Source of the DNA: Candidatus Parcubacteria bacterium
GTDB taxonomy: Bacteria > Patescibacteriota > Microgenomatia > UBA1406 > GWC2-37-13
NCBI GenBank assembly: GCA_039798745.1
Contig: JBDKFK010000004.1
Location: 21,178 to 85,177 of the forward strand
Length of the DNA: 64,000 nucleotides
Reading direction: 5' to 3'
Each line of letters starts with the position of its first letter. The first letter of the stretch is position 1. Below are positions 19,434 to 28,400 of the stretch, one piece after another. The position numbers were made by a program, and so were the translations under genes. A model generated the notes under the pieces. It saw only the letters and a program-made list of their open reading frames with translations, did not search any database and had not been told where the DNA came from.

Positions 19434-20585
19434 ATGAACCATTATAAAGGTTTGATAAGCTTGCTCTTCGTATTTTTTCTTTCATTTTTTATATTTGTTC
19501 GGCCAGCTTCTGCCATTACCTTAAAAGCCGATAAATCAGTTCATATAGAGCAAGATACAGTGGTTGATGGAAGCTTGTTTATAGCAGGCTCCACTATAAC
19601 GGTTGACGCAAATATTAATGGTGATGTTATCTGCGCGGGTCAGAATGTAACTCTTAATGGAGATGTAGAGGGTGATATTATCTGTGCGGCTCAGTCATTG
19701 ACTATAAACGGACACGTAAATGGTGATATCCGTACTGCGGTCCAGACACTTGAACTAAATAGCGTTGTAGAACATAACGTTTCGCTGTTTGGGCAAAAAG
19801 TAATGGTAAGTCGGGATGCTGTGGTAAGAGGAGAAATGTTTCTGGGATCACAGCAGGCAGTAATCGAAGGTTCAGTTGAGCGTGATGTAATGGGCGGCGC
19901 TGAGACGGTAGATCTACGCGGTCACGTAGGCAAAAATGTAAATCTGGATGTTGATGAGTTGATTGTGCACGAAGGGGCGAGTATATCGGGTAACCTTACA
20001 TACACAAGTGACCATAAAGCTCAGATCAATCAGGGAATAGTCGCTGGAAATGTACGACAGGAAATTCCGACCAGACCTGAAAAAAGAGAAAAATCTCCCC
20101 AACAGAAAACAGCGGGGTGGTTGGTTGGTAAGATTCTTGGAATACTATCATTCTCACTGTTAGGCCTGTTGCTCGTATATCTCTGGCCAAAAAAACTAAA
20201 AACTCTCTATGGAGAGATGGTTGATAATAAGGGAAGGTATATGCTGCACGGAGCCGTGGTTATGTTTCTTACGCCGATACTTGCGATCATAGTGGCCATT
20301 ACAGTAATTGGCTTGCCTCTCGCGTTCGTTATAATGCTTCTCTGGTTGGTTGCCCTTGTTGTAAGTAGAGTTCTGGTAGGGTTTGTTGTAGGGGAGTATA
20401 TACTGCGTCAATATTCCAAAAAATATAAAGAAAATGTATGGATAATAACGCTCCTTGGGATGACCGTAATCACGCTCGCCTTTGAAATACCATTCCTTGG
20501 ATGGTTACTATCGCTTGTCGCATTCTGGTGGGGCACAGGAGCTCTTGTCAATATGTTTAAGCCGGGAGAACATAAATCAAAATAA
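19434..20585 (+). CDS. Membrane protein with bactofilin-like beta-helix repeats fused to a polytopic C-terminal domain
   Basis: A signal/anchor, then repeated xNGDVxG/DIxCAAQ units (VDANINGDVICAGQNVTLNGDVEGDIICAAQSLTINGHVNGDI), then about 4 TM helices. Confidence 0.45.
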   Translation: MNHYKGLISLLFVFFLSFFIFVRPASAITLKADKSVHIEQDTVVDGSLFIAGSTITVDANINGDVICAGQNVTLNGDVEGDIICAAQSLTINGHVNGDIRTAVQTLELNSVVEHNVSLFGQKVMVSRDAVVRGEMFLGSQQAVIEGSVERDVMGGAETVDLRGHVGKNVNLDVDELIVHEGASISGNLTYTSDHKAQINQGIVAGNVRQEIPTRPEKREKSPQQKTAGWLVGKILGILSFSLLGLLLVYLWPKKLKTLYGEMVDNKGRYMLHGAVVMFLTPILAIIVAITVIGLPLAFVIMLLWLVALVVSRVLVGFVVGEYILRQYSKKYKENVWIITLLGMTVITLAFEIPFLGWLLSLVAFWWGTGALVNMFKPGEHKSK

Positions 20586-20629
20586 TTTGGGTACAACAAC
20601 CAACAAAATATATAGGTTATACTAGCATT

Positions 20630-21028
20630 ATGGCAGACTGGAAAAAGTGGTACGATCATCTTAAAAAACCGAGCTGGACGCCCAAGCCGGACACTATCAG
20701 TACCGTTTGGATGATTCTGTATCCTGTTATTTTTATAAGCTTCGGCATAGTTTTCTATCAGGCTTTTACAGGCGAAATATCGTGGATGTTAACGGTGCCA
20801 TTTTTTCTTAATCTCCTCTTTAATATCCTATTTACTCCATTATTCTTTGTGTTTGAAGACGTGTGGTTGGCTACGATAGACATATACCTTGTACTGTTGA
20901 CTATAATCTGGGCTATGATCACCATACTTCCGTATAATCCCCCTGTAGCATTCTCACAACTCCCTTACCTGGTCTGGATATGTATTGCTGCAACTCTGCA
21001 GACCTATATCTGGAAAGAGAATAGATAA
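20630..21028 (+). CDS. TspO/MBR family tryptophan-rich sensory protein
   Basis: WYDHLKKPSWTPKPDTISTVWMILYPVIFISFG plus further TM helices. At 132 aa it is slightly short for the family. Confidence 0.7.
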   Translation: MADWKKWYDHLKKPSWTPKPDTISTVWMILYPVIFISFGIVFYQAFTGEISWMLTVPFFLNLLFNILFTPLFFVFEDVWLATIDIYLVLLTIIWAMITILPYNPPVAFSQLPYLVWICIAATLQTYIWKENR

Positions 21029-21051
21029 TTACTGCTATAATAATCTAGCAT

Positions 21052-21414
21052 ATGTTAAATAAACAGTTTAGAAGTATCATAGAACGTTTGAATACTTTCA
21101 GAGATGAACGTGACTGGGATCAGTTTCATCATCCAAAAGATCTTGCTGAGGGGTTGGTTATAGAGGCTGGCGAAGTATTGGAGCATTTCTTATGGAAAAA
21201 TAATGTGGAGCTGGAAGAGCATTTCAAAAATAAAGAAAACAAAGCTGAGTTAGCCGCAGAGCTAGCTGATACATTACATTTTATTCTTCTCCTGGCCGAA
21301 AAGTTGCAGATTGATCTTGATGAGGCTACAAAGGCAAAACTTGTAGAAAGTGGTAATAAATATCCTATTGAAAAATCCAAAGGGCGTGCGGTGAAATATA
21401 CTAAGCTGACATAG
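21052..21414 (+). CDS. MazG-like nucleotide pyrophosphohydrolase
   Basis: FRDERDWDQFHHPKDLAEGLVIEAGEVLEHFLWK...ELADTLHFIL shows the EExxE/D-type MazG helices. Confidence 0.8.
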   Translation: MLNKQFRSIIERLNTFRDERDWDQFHHPKDLAEGLVIEAGEVLEHFLWKNNVELEEHFKNKENKAELAAELADTLHFILLLAEKLQIDLDEATKAKLVESGNKYPIEKSKGRAVKYTKLT

Positions 21415-21480
21415 TCTGTTCCTATACTATTGAGTTGCTCTTCGTAATTAATTATACTGATATTATAGTTTCTTATATTT

Positions 21481-21903
21481 ATGGCAGAACAAAAAACGCC
21501 CGGATTTCTCGAGCAGTTACAACTAAAAAATAGATTAGAGCAGGTTACAGGAGGCCCTCCAGAAAAATCCAAAGTTGAACAAGCAGTGGTGGGAGAACAA
21601 GGCGAGGCTGAGGGCAAAACTACATTTCAGAAAACGTTGCAGAGAATGCAAGAAATCGCAAACAAAATAATCGCTGATGAGGCAGAACAAGCTAAGATTG
21701 CCAAGAGAAAAGCTGCTGAGCAACAGAGTGCAGTAAGCGATCAGGTACAGTATGATTCGGTACTTGCAATGATCAATCGATCTCTTGCAGCTGGAGGGAG
21801 AGTTGACGCTGTTACCCCTCAGCCTGCAGCTGCAGATCAAGATAACATAAAGGTTTCTCCGGCAAATCAGGCTTTTCTTGAAGGCCGGGGACAAATAAAG
21901 TAA
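21481..21903 (+). CDS. Hypothetical protein
   Basis: 140-aa ORF, charged and coiled-coil-like. No motif recognised. Confidence 0.35.
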   Translation: MAEQKTPGFLEQLQLKNRLEQVTGGPPEKSKVEQAVVGEQGEAEGKTTFQKTLQRMQEIANKIIADEAEQAKIAKRKAAEQQSAVSDQVQYDSVLAMINRSLAAGGRVDAVTPQPAAADQDNIKVSPANQAFLEGRGQIK

Positions 21904-21936
21904 ACGGACAGATGCAATAAATGCTAGAATGATAGT

Positions 21937-22641
21937 ATGAACCGACCTTTGTTGTTAGCTACGCTTAGTATTGTTGCTGTGAGCCTTTTGCTGCCCCTAT
22001 TCGCTTTTTTTCCTTATCATTATTTATATCTGGAGCACTTGCCCGAGGTAGAGGCGCGCAAGACGTATTTTGGTTACAGCAATGGTGTTACTGTGGAACA
22101 TGGATGTCCTCATATCTGTATGCGAGCAAATATTTTGAGCGATATTGATTATGTGGAACTCTATAAAGACAGCATAAAGTTCTTTAGAATCGAGTATGAC
22201 GCGCTTACAAACGATCAAGACGCGGACTATATTCGATATGTATTTACTAACAGCGACGCTTCTACTGTAGTGGTGGATGATTCTGTAGATAAACCTTCAT
22301 GGTGGGGACATCTAAAAACAGGTCAATGGATTCCCTTGCCCGGATCGATAAGTCTGCAGAATAGACATAAGTTTGACCTTCAGATTTTCTTAAGCCTTAC
22401 CCAGGTACAAAAGGCCGAACGGATAGGTATAGATGACACCCGCAAATCGAACGGAACGATTGGTATTAAGGTTGAACCGATTCCGGATGTATCGTATACC
22501 AATCAGTCTAAAGTTATAGGATTTCAACAGAAAATTCCATGGAAAATAACAGCACGAACGGACAAAGGTGTTGTAAATGTAGCTGATGAAATAGCCATAC
22601 AGGATTCACATTTTTCCATCGGATCATGGCAAAAAGATTGA
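21937..22641 (+). CDS. Hypothetical membrane-anchored protein
   Basis: 234-aa ORF with an N-terminal TM helix. Confidence 0.4.
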   Translation: MNRPLLLATLSIVAVSLLLPLFAFFPYHYLYLEHLPEVEARKTYFGYSNGVTVEHGCPHICMRANILSDIDYVELYKDSIKFFRIEYDALTNDQDADYIRYVFTNSDASTVVVDDSVDKPSWWGHLKTGQWIPLPGSISLQNRHKFDLQIFLSLTQVQKAERIGIDDTRKSNGTIGIKVEPIPDVSYTNQSKVIGFQQKIPWKITARTDKGVVNVADEIAIQDSHFSIGSWQKD

Positions 22642-22663
22642 GTAACCTGCTATACTTCATTCA

Positions 22664-23224
22664 ATGAGGAAATCAGTGGCATTTTTTATCTACAATATAG
22701 CCATATGTATTACAGTCTTATTATTCTCCGCTGTAGTATCGGAAGCCGCAACCTTACAGTTGAAAAGATCTGGCATGAAAGATATATCTAAAGGAAGTAC
22801 GTTTTCGCTACCAGTGACAATTGATACAAAAAATGAATCTATAACCGGCGCGGACGCCATTATATTATATGATCCTGAGATGCTTACATTTGTCTCCGCG
22901 GATGATGATAAATTTTTCCCTTTTTTTACCTATAAACACGAGTCCGGTTCTATTAGAGCGTCTGGAGTGATAACTGATATAAAAGAACTCAAGACCGGGT
23001 CGGGAGGTATGACCACTCTCAAGTTTAAGGCGATAAAAAGTGGTCAGACTAAGGTTCAGATATTCTGTGATACTTCAACAAATGATACTTCAAAAATAAT
23101 ACTTTCCGATCTTGACGCCACTAATATTATTAACTGTAAAGATATAGACGACCAAACATTACATATCGTTTCTGAAGGTTTTGTTGCTACGGTTACCAAA
23201 TTTCTTTTTGGTTGGTGGAAGTGA
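22664..23224 (+). CDS. Secreted cohesin-like domain protein
   Basis: A signal peptide, then ATLQLKRSG...GSTFSLPVTIDTKNESITGADAIILYDPEMLTFVS, which is the cohesin-domain pattern. Confidence 0.5.
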   Translation: MRKSVAFFIYNIAICITVLLFSAVVSEAATLQLKRSGMKDISKGSTFSLPVTIDTKNESITGADAIILYDPEMLTFVSADDDKFFPFFTYKHESGSIRASGVITDIKELKTGSGGMTTLKFKAIKSGQTKVQIFCDTSTNDTSKIILSDLDATNIINCKDIDDQTLHIVSEGFVATVTKFLFGWWK

Positions 23225-23226
23225 TT

Positions 23227-23418
23227 ATGAAACGTTCATTTATACTCAAACACAGAAAAATTGTAGCCTGGACTCTCGTTTCTACAGGTGTTATTGTTGC
23301 TCTCGTTAAGAGTGACATTGCAAATCTTACAGTATATCGAGCGCTTGATAATTTTTGGCCTTTCTTCCTTACAACGTTGGGGTTTTATCTCCTTTGGGCA
23401 AAGCACGATAAAACATAA
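23227..23418 (+). CDS. Small membrane protein
   Basis: The ATG at 23227 follows the upstream stop. Two hydrophobic helices. Confidence 0.3.
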   Translation: MKRSFILKHRKIVAWTLVSTGVIVALVKSDIANLTVYRALDNFWPFFLTTLGFYLLWAKHDKT

Positions 23419-23518
23419 AAAATATGTACTTTTATTAACAAATAGTATATAATTTCTACATACTTATCGTCTTCGGATTCTGCATTCCGATTGAGTGGTG
23501 AGTCGATCATTTACATTA

Positions 23519-23531
23519 ATGAAAGCGCTTC
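23519..23531. repeat. Left copy of a 13-bp perfect inverted repeat (ATGAAAGCGCTTC) flanking the GC-rich ORF
   Basis: The exact reverse complement GAAGCGCTTTCAT is at 24413-24425. Confidence 0.7.
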
Positions 23532-23551
23532 CTATTGCTCCTTTACTATGT

Positions 23552-23606
23552 AAAAGACGCCAGACTTGAATATGCTCTCTGGATGTGTTCATGTCCGGCG
23601 TCTTTT
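23552..23606 (+). promoter_or_regulatory. Large hairpin immediately upstream of the SD of the GC-rich ORF
   Basis: AAAAGACGCCAGAC (23552-23565) pairs with GTCCGGCGTCTTTT (23593-23606) at 13 of 14 positions, with a 27-nt loop. TTTTATAATGAAAGGAG follows. Confidence 0.45.
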
Positions 23607-23629
23607 ATAATGAAAGGAGTGCCCCCTCT

Positions 23630-24403
23630 ATGGTTCTACGCCGAAAACCTGCCGGCCTGTCAATGTGTCTGCTCCTCTTGCTGACAGTATTGACGGGAAT
23701 GACCGCACACCCCGTTCGGGCGCAACAGTTTTCACCAAGCGTTCACCTACAGCCTGCGGGAATCCAATCGGACCCATCAACCGCTTCGTCGGGAACTATC
23801 ACCGTTTCATCTCCCTGGGATGGCCAGGCAATATATCTCCCACCCGGACAGAGCACAGCCCTATGGATAACGGGGACTGCCTCTGTGAGTGATGGTGAGA
23901 TAGCGGTACAGATCAAGATAGACAACGAAGCAGGTGGTCGCAACGCTGAGGTCGACGCAACCGGAAACTGGAGCTATCAGTGGTCAGTTCCTGCCGACAC
24001 GTCGTTAGGCCCTCACACCATTATGGCAACCCTCAACAACGGTTTGGCAGCGGTTGAAGTCCACTTTCGGTTTATCAATACGCCGCCAGGTGATATTGCT
24101 CTGACTGCTCCTCTACCGGGTACAGTATACCGCGTACCTGACAAGGGCAGCATCAATATCCGCGTTACTGGAACTGCCACCTCCAGTAGCACCCCTATCG
24201 GAGTATCCCTATATTTCGATGGGGATCCAACTCCACATCCTGCTAGCATAGTTGGCGATACGTGGAGCTATACCTGGACAGTGAATTCATCAACTCGACT
24301 CGGTCGTCGTACGATTCGGGTCGTGTTAAACAATGGTGAAGCATATGTGCAGGTAGAGGTACGGCTTGTCCGGCAGCTCTTTATACCTCTGATAGAGAGA
24401 TAA
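23630..24403 (+). CDS. Secreted protein with two tandem Ig-like repeats (compositionally foreign, GC-rich)
   Basis: An AAAGGAG SD lies 10 nt before the ATG at 23630. The signal peptide is MVLRRKPAGLSMCLLLLLTVLTGMTAHPVRA. There is an internal duplication: ...TGTAS..I.V......A.VD.TGNWSYQWSV...LGPHTI.ATLNNG.A.VEV versus ...TGTAT...VGDTWSYTWTV...LGRRTIRVVLNNGEAYVQVEV. GC is clearly above the neighbouring genes. Confidence 0.65.
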   Translation: MVLRRKPAGLSMCLLLLLTVLTGMTAHPVRAQQFSPSVHLQPAGIQSDPSTASSGTITVSSPWDGQAIYLPPGQSTALWITGTASVSDGEIAVQIKIDNEAGGRNAEVDATGNWSYQWSVPADTSLGPHTIMATLNNGLAAVEVHFRFINTPPGDIALTAPLPGTVYRVPDKGSINIRVTGTATSSSTPIGVSLYFDGDPTPHPASIVGDTWSYTWTVNSSTRLGRRTIRVVLNNGEAYVQVEVRLVRQLFIPLIER

Positions 24404-24412
24404 CGGATATCC

Positions 24413-24425
24413 GAAGCGCTTTCAT
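24413..24425. repeat. Right copy of the 13-bp inverted repeat
   Basis: GAAGCGCTTTCAT is the reverse complement of 23519-23531. Confidence 0.7.
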
Positions 24426-24426
24426 C

Positions 24427-24458
24427 GACAGACGCCGAGCTTTAGCTCGGCGTCTGTC
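24427..24458. terminator. Perfect 14-bp hairpin between convergent genes (candidate bidirectional terminator)
   Basis: GACAGACGCCGAGC, loop TTTA, GCTCGGCGTCTGTC. The stop codon and the last 4 codons of the minus-strand methyltransferase lie inside it. Confidence 0.65.
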
Positions 24459-25413
24459 TCACATTCGATCGCAGTTTACGCATTTTTGCCACAAAAAATC
24501 CCTCCATTGTAGCACTGGGAGTTATTCTTAACGTATGTTTCAAATCCTCGCCAAGTTTTTTATGCTTCCATTCGGTAATGCCGGAGGAAAAGGGTAGTGA
24601 AGGCAGATCAACTGAGAGTATTTCTAAATTCCCTTTTTCTTTTGTCATAATCCATTCAATCGCTTCTTCATTTTCTTCGGGAGCAAGCGTACATGTAGAA
24701 TATACAATAATGCCTCCTGGTTTTGTAGCGCTTACCGCTGAACGAAGCATCCATTTCTGCTGCTGAGCTAATCGTTTAATCTGCTTTAGAGACCAGTTGG
24801 CATAGGTTGAAGCATCATGTACGTTAAATGTTCCTTCCATACTACATGGCGCATCGAGTAAGGTGCGATCAAAATATTCAATATAATGCTTCCACGCAAC
24901 CTCTGCAGGATACGATTTGACGTGAGTATTTGTAATACCATAACGATCAAGGTTTGCCTGAAGTTTGTATAGACGTGTCCTGCTTATGTCGTTTGCAACT
25001 ATCTCACCGGTATTTTCCATAAGGGCTGCTATCTGTGTTGTCTTACTTCCCGGTGCTGAGGTAAGGTCAAGGATGCGTTCATTTTTTTGTGGATCTAGAA
25101 CAAGTGGTGGGATCATGCTGGAAAGGTTTTGTATATAAAAGTATCCTTTTTCATACTCAGGTAGTTCAGTTAATGTTCTTGCCGATGAACCATGCACTAT
25201 TAACGCATCATTCCACCATGGCACAGGCTCAGCTGTAATCTGTTCACGACGTAGCATAGTCTGGATCTCACTCATTGTTGATTTAATCGTATTAACACGA
25301 AGTGAAACAGGTCGGTTGTAGCTGAATTTTTCGGCTACCTGTTGTTGATCGTGGAGGGAGAGTATTTTTTGAGCACGAGAAAGGAAATCTTCAGATATAT
25401 TGAGATCATTCAT
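24442..25413 (-). CDS. RsmB/NOP2/Sun-family RNA cytosine-C5 methyltransferase
   Basis: ILDLTSAPGSKTTQIA (SAM motif I), NDISRTRL, LLDAPCSMEGT (motif IV, PC) and YSTCTLAPEENE (motif VI, TC). Confidence 0.85.
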   Translation of the reverse strand: MNDLNISEDFLSRAQKILSLHDQQQVAEKFSYNRPVSLRVNTIKSTMSEIQTMLRREQITAEPVPWWNDALIVHGSSARTLTELPEYEKGYFYIQNLSSMIPPLVLDPQKNERILDLTSAPGSKTTQIAALMENTGEIVANDISRTRLYKLQANLDRYGITNTHVKSYPAEVAWKHYIEYFDRTLLDAPCSMEGTFNVHDASTYANWSLKQIKRLAQQQKWMLRSAVSATKPGGIIVYSTCTLAPEENEEAIEWIMTKEKGNLEILSVDLPSLPFSSGITEWKHKKLGEDLKHTLRITPSATMEGFFVAKMRKLRSNVRQTPS

Positions 25414-25419
25414 AATCTA

Positions 25420-28400
25420 TTATTCTTCGTTCGCAATAATTCCAAGTTTGGGGAATATCAATGATGACTTGGGACGATATATTTCACCGTCGGTAATATG
25501 ATACACGATATAAGGGAGAGTTAGTGTTCCTGATTCCGCATTGGCGTCAAAATATACTGATTGTTCAGTATAGTCAGAGGCTGATATATAGGTTTGTTTA
25601 TACGATTCCGCTTCCGGGTATATACTCCGTAACATATTCTGATACTCAGGACTATTATTTGAGTCCTGATTAAGGTACATAAAGCCCGGAGGTATCATAT
25701 CGTAGAGCTGAAATTCAGTATAGCTGAGATCATCTGGCTCATAGATATGTGTCACCGGATTAATGGCAAGAAGCTCTATAATGCCGGAACTGCCTGTTTC
25801 TATCCGTTTTATACGCTTACCATCATCGAGCGACCGATAGGAACGAACAAAACCAGTAATTACATGTTTTGCGGCAGTTGTTTTTTTTGTTCGGCTCCCT
25901 AACTCAACAGTTGATAGAGATGTGTATATAGGCAACCCTTCGTTATGCTTCATCTCTACTGTTATTTTATCGTTGGAGAAGTTGATGGCATGATAATCTG
26001 CGCTAAAACCGCCATTGTACTGATCATCAGATGTTCGCTCATATATTTTTTTATCATTAAGATACAGTGTGGCAACAGGAGTATCAAAATCAAGATTTCG
26101 CCTTAGAGCGTGTCTCACGCCAGCGACAAGAGCAAGATAGGGGTTATTGCTGTAGTATGACATATACTGATAACTGAGCCCTTTCACTGCTTTATCCGCA
26201 TCTTCAGGAGATCCGTATAAGATCATTGCCAATGCCGGCAATGAACGAGTATATTGAGAGGGTGTTGACCAAAAATATCTATCGTCACTTGAAGGGACTG
26301 TAAGCGATCTCAACGATTCAAGTGCTTTTTTATCTCCTCTCATAGCTTTTGACGCGTAACAGCTTGATATGTATGCGTTCGTACAATCATTGCCATCGCC
26401 ATAGCCCAAAAGCCATCGCTTAATAACGGATTCTTCATCAGTTTTAAAAAACGCGACTTCGTTGTTTGCTACTGAGGTTGATATTTTTTTTACTATATCA
26501 GAAGCGTTTAATATTTCATCCAGAACACCGTTGGATAGAGCTTCTTTCAAACCTATTCCTATCATTGTGGTATATAAGCCATCTGATTCTTTTGCATATG
26601 TATCAGGATGTGTCCACCATATGTTTTTTTGCGTTGTTTCGAGACGTTTTTCTAGGATATCCGCAATTTTAGTGCGTAAACTATTTTTTACATGAGCATA
26701 TTTATACAATGACGGAGCTATATATCCATTTTTTGTCTGAGCCAATATTATTGAGGATGCATAGATACGTAACGCGTCTGATGTTGAACCGTAGTAAAAC
26801 GGAGATGAGAGATCATTATAGCTTGTCTGAGAGAGCATGGTTGCAACATGGGGTGCCACACGTACCGACAGGGTGTTTACATCTAATCCCGGATGTTTTG
26901 CGTTATATGTATAGGTATAACCGTTTTCATATTGCATCCAATCAGTGACTATATCTTCACGAGGAAGAAGAGGTTGCTTTACTAGGACTGAGTCGAGTAT
27001 GTTGCCTGAGGCTGTATCTTTGAGTTCGTATGTAATACTAACTTCATTTTTGTTGCTATTCAGCGCCACGGGCAGAAGTACTGTTTCAAAATCATTGTTA
27101 GCTATCTTTATTGATTTTTCGACACTCCCTTTAAGTTCTTTTACGCTCAGCTTCATGGTGGCCTGTATCTCGCGGCCGGAATTATTCTGTACAAGTGCCG
27201 TCATAACCGGCTTGTCGTTCTGGTAATAGTATTTGGAAAGCGCGGGTATAATAACAACATCCTTCTTTGAGATGAACTCGGCGATGCTCTGTCCGAACTG
27301 TGACTGTTTAGTTGACGCAACTACCTGAGAGGTAAAGGTAGTTGTATTGTCTGGCAGTTTAAAGCTTACTGAAGCAATACCCTGTTCGTTTGTCTTCACG
27401 TGAGGATTCCAATAAGCGGTATCAACAAAGTTATGTCGAGGGTCCATGCCTTTTTCATTGTGGACGTAAATACCCTCAGCTATAAATGTATGTGTAGTCG
27501 CTGTGGTTAGATTGTAAACAACATACTGCCCTGTATGATGGGTTATAGAATCTATTACAACAGCTTCTCCGTCTTTGTTAATGAGTTTATCACCTATGCG
27601 TGCCTGAGAGGCAGTCTGCCAGGTCCCATTTAGATAGATGCGGTGAATAGGCGTAACATTGAGCGAGCCGTTAATCGTAAGATATTCATCAACAACATGC
27701 CGGAATGTTCTGGTTACTTTGTCATTGATGAGCCGTCCATTCTGAGGGTTTTCAAAGGTTGAAATAACATCGCCCACCATAACATCTTCAATAGATTTGA
27801 GTGTCCCATCAGCCATAAGGATAGTCGTTCCTGCGACAAAACATCCACCACCTCCGCCTCCGCTCTGTTTGTAAATACCTGTTAATGAATCGAAATGAGA
27901 AACATATAAGTAATAGTTATTCTGGTTGTAAAATGATCCGAAGATATTTCCGAGATCGCCCGCAATTTGCAGCACTGCGCTGTCTATTACAGACAGGGAG
28001 GTATCTGCAGATACAGGCTTGTCCTCTGAATTTTTGGTACTTATTGTCGCTTTGACGGTATCTCCAGGTTTATACTCCGATTTATCAAATGCTACCGATG
28101 TTTTGAGTTTGTACAGCTCTGGGTCTACCGAAACAATAGCCTGGGACTGGACTATTTTACCCTCATGCACCGAAAATAAGTTTATACCTATAGATCCCGC
28201 CGATGTCGGACTGATAGGAATTTTGATCTCAAATGAATTAGGGTTCTGTTTTGATATTCGAAAGGTATCTATTGAGGTAGTATATCCGGGCGCTGTGGTA
28301 ATAATTGTGGCGGTATCTGAGAGATCAAAGTCTGCTCGTACATTGACTGTTGCTTCCTCGCCCGGTTGGTATGTGCTCTTTTGTGTGGTCATCTTAATAG

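Noticed and set aside
23519-24458. Integron gene cassette with an attC site for the GC-rich single-gene island
   Set aside because: I found no RYYYAAC / GTTRRRY core sites. The downstream hairpin is a short perfect palindrome rather than an imperfect attC with extrahelical bases. No integron integrase is in the window.
27457-27843. Canonical self-splicing intein in the macroglobulin-like gene
   Set aside because: The residue after the terminal His-Asn is Glu rather than Cys, Ser or Thr, and the host is a secreted or surface repeat protein rather than a conserved enzyme. I therefore call it a Hint/BIL-type domain.
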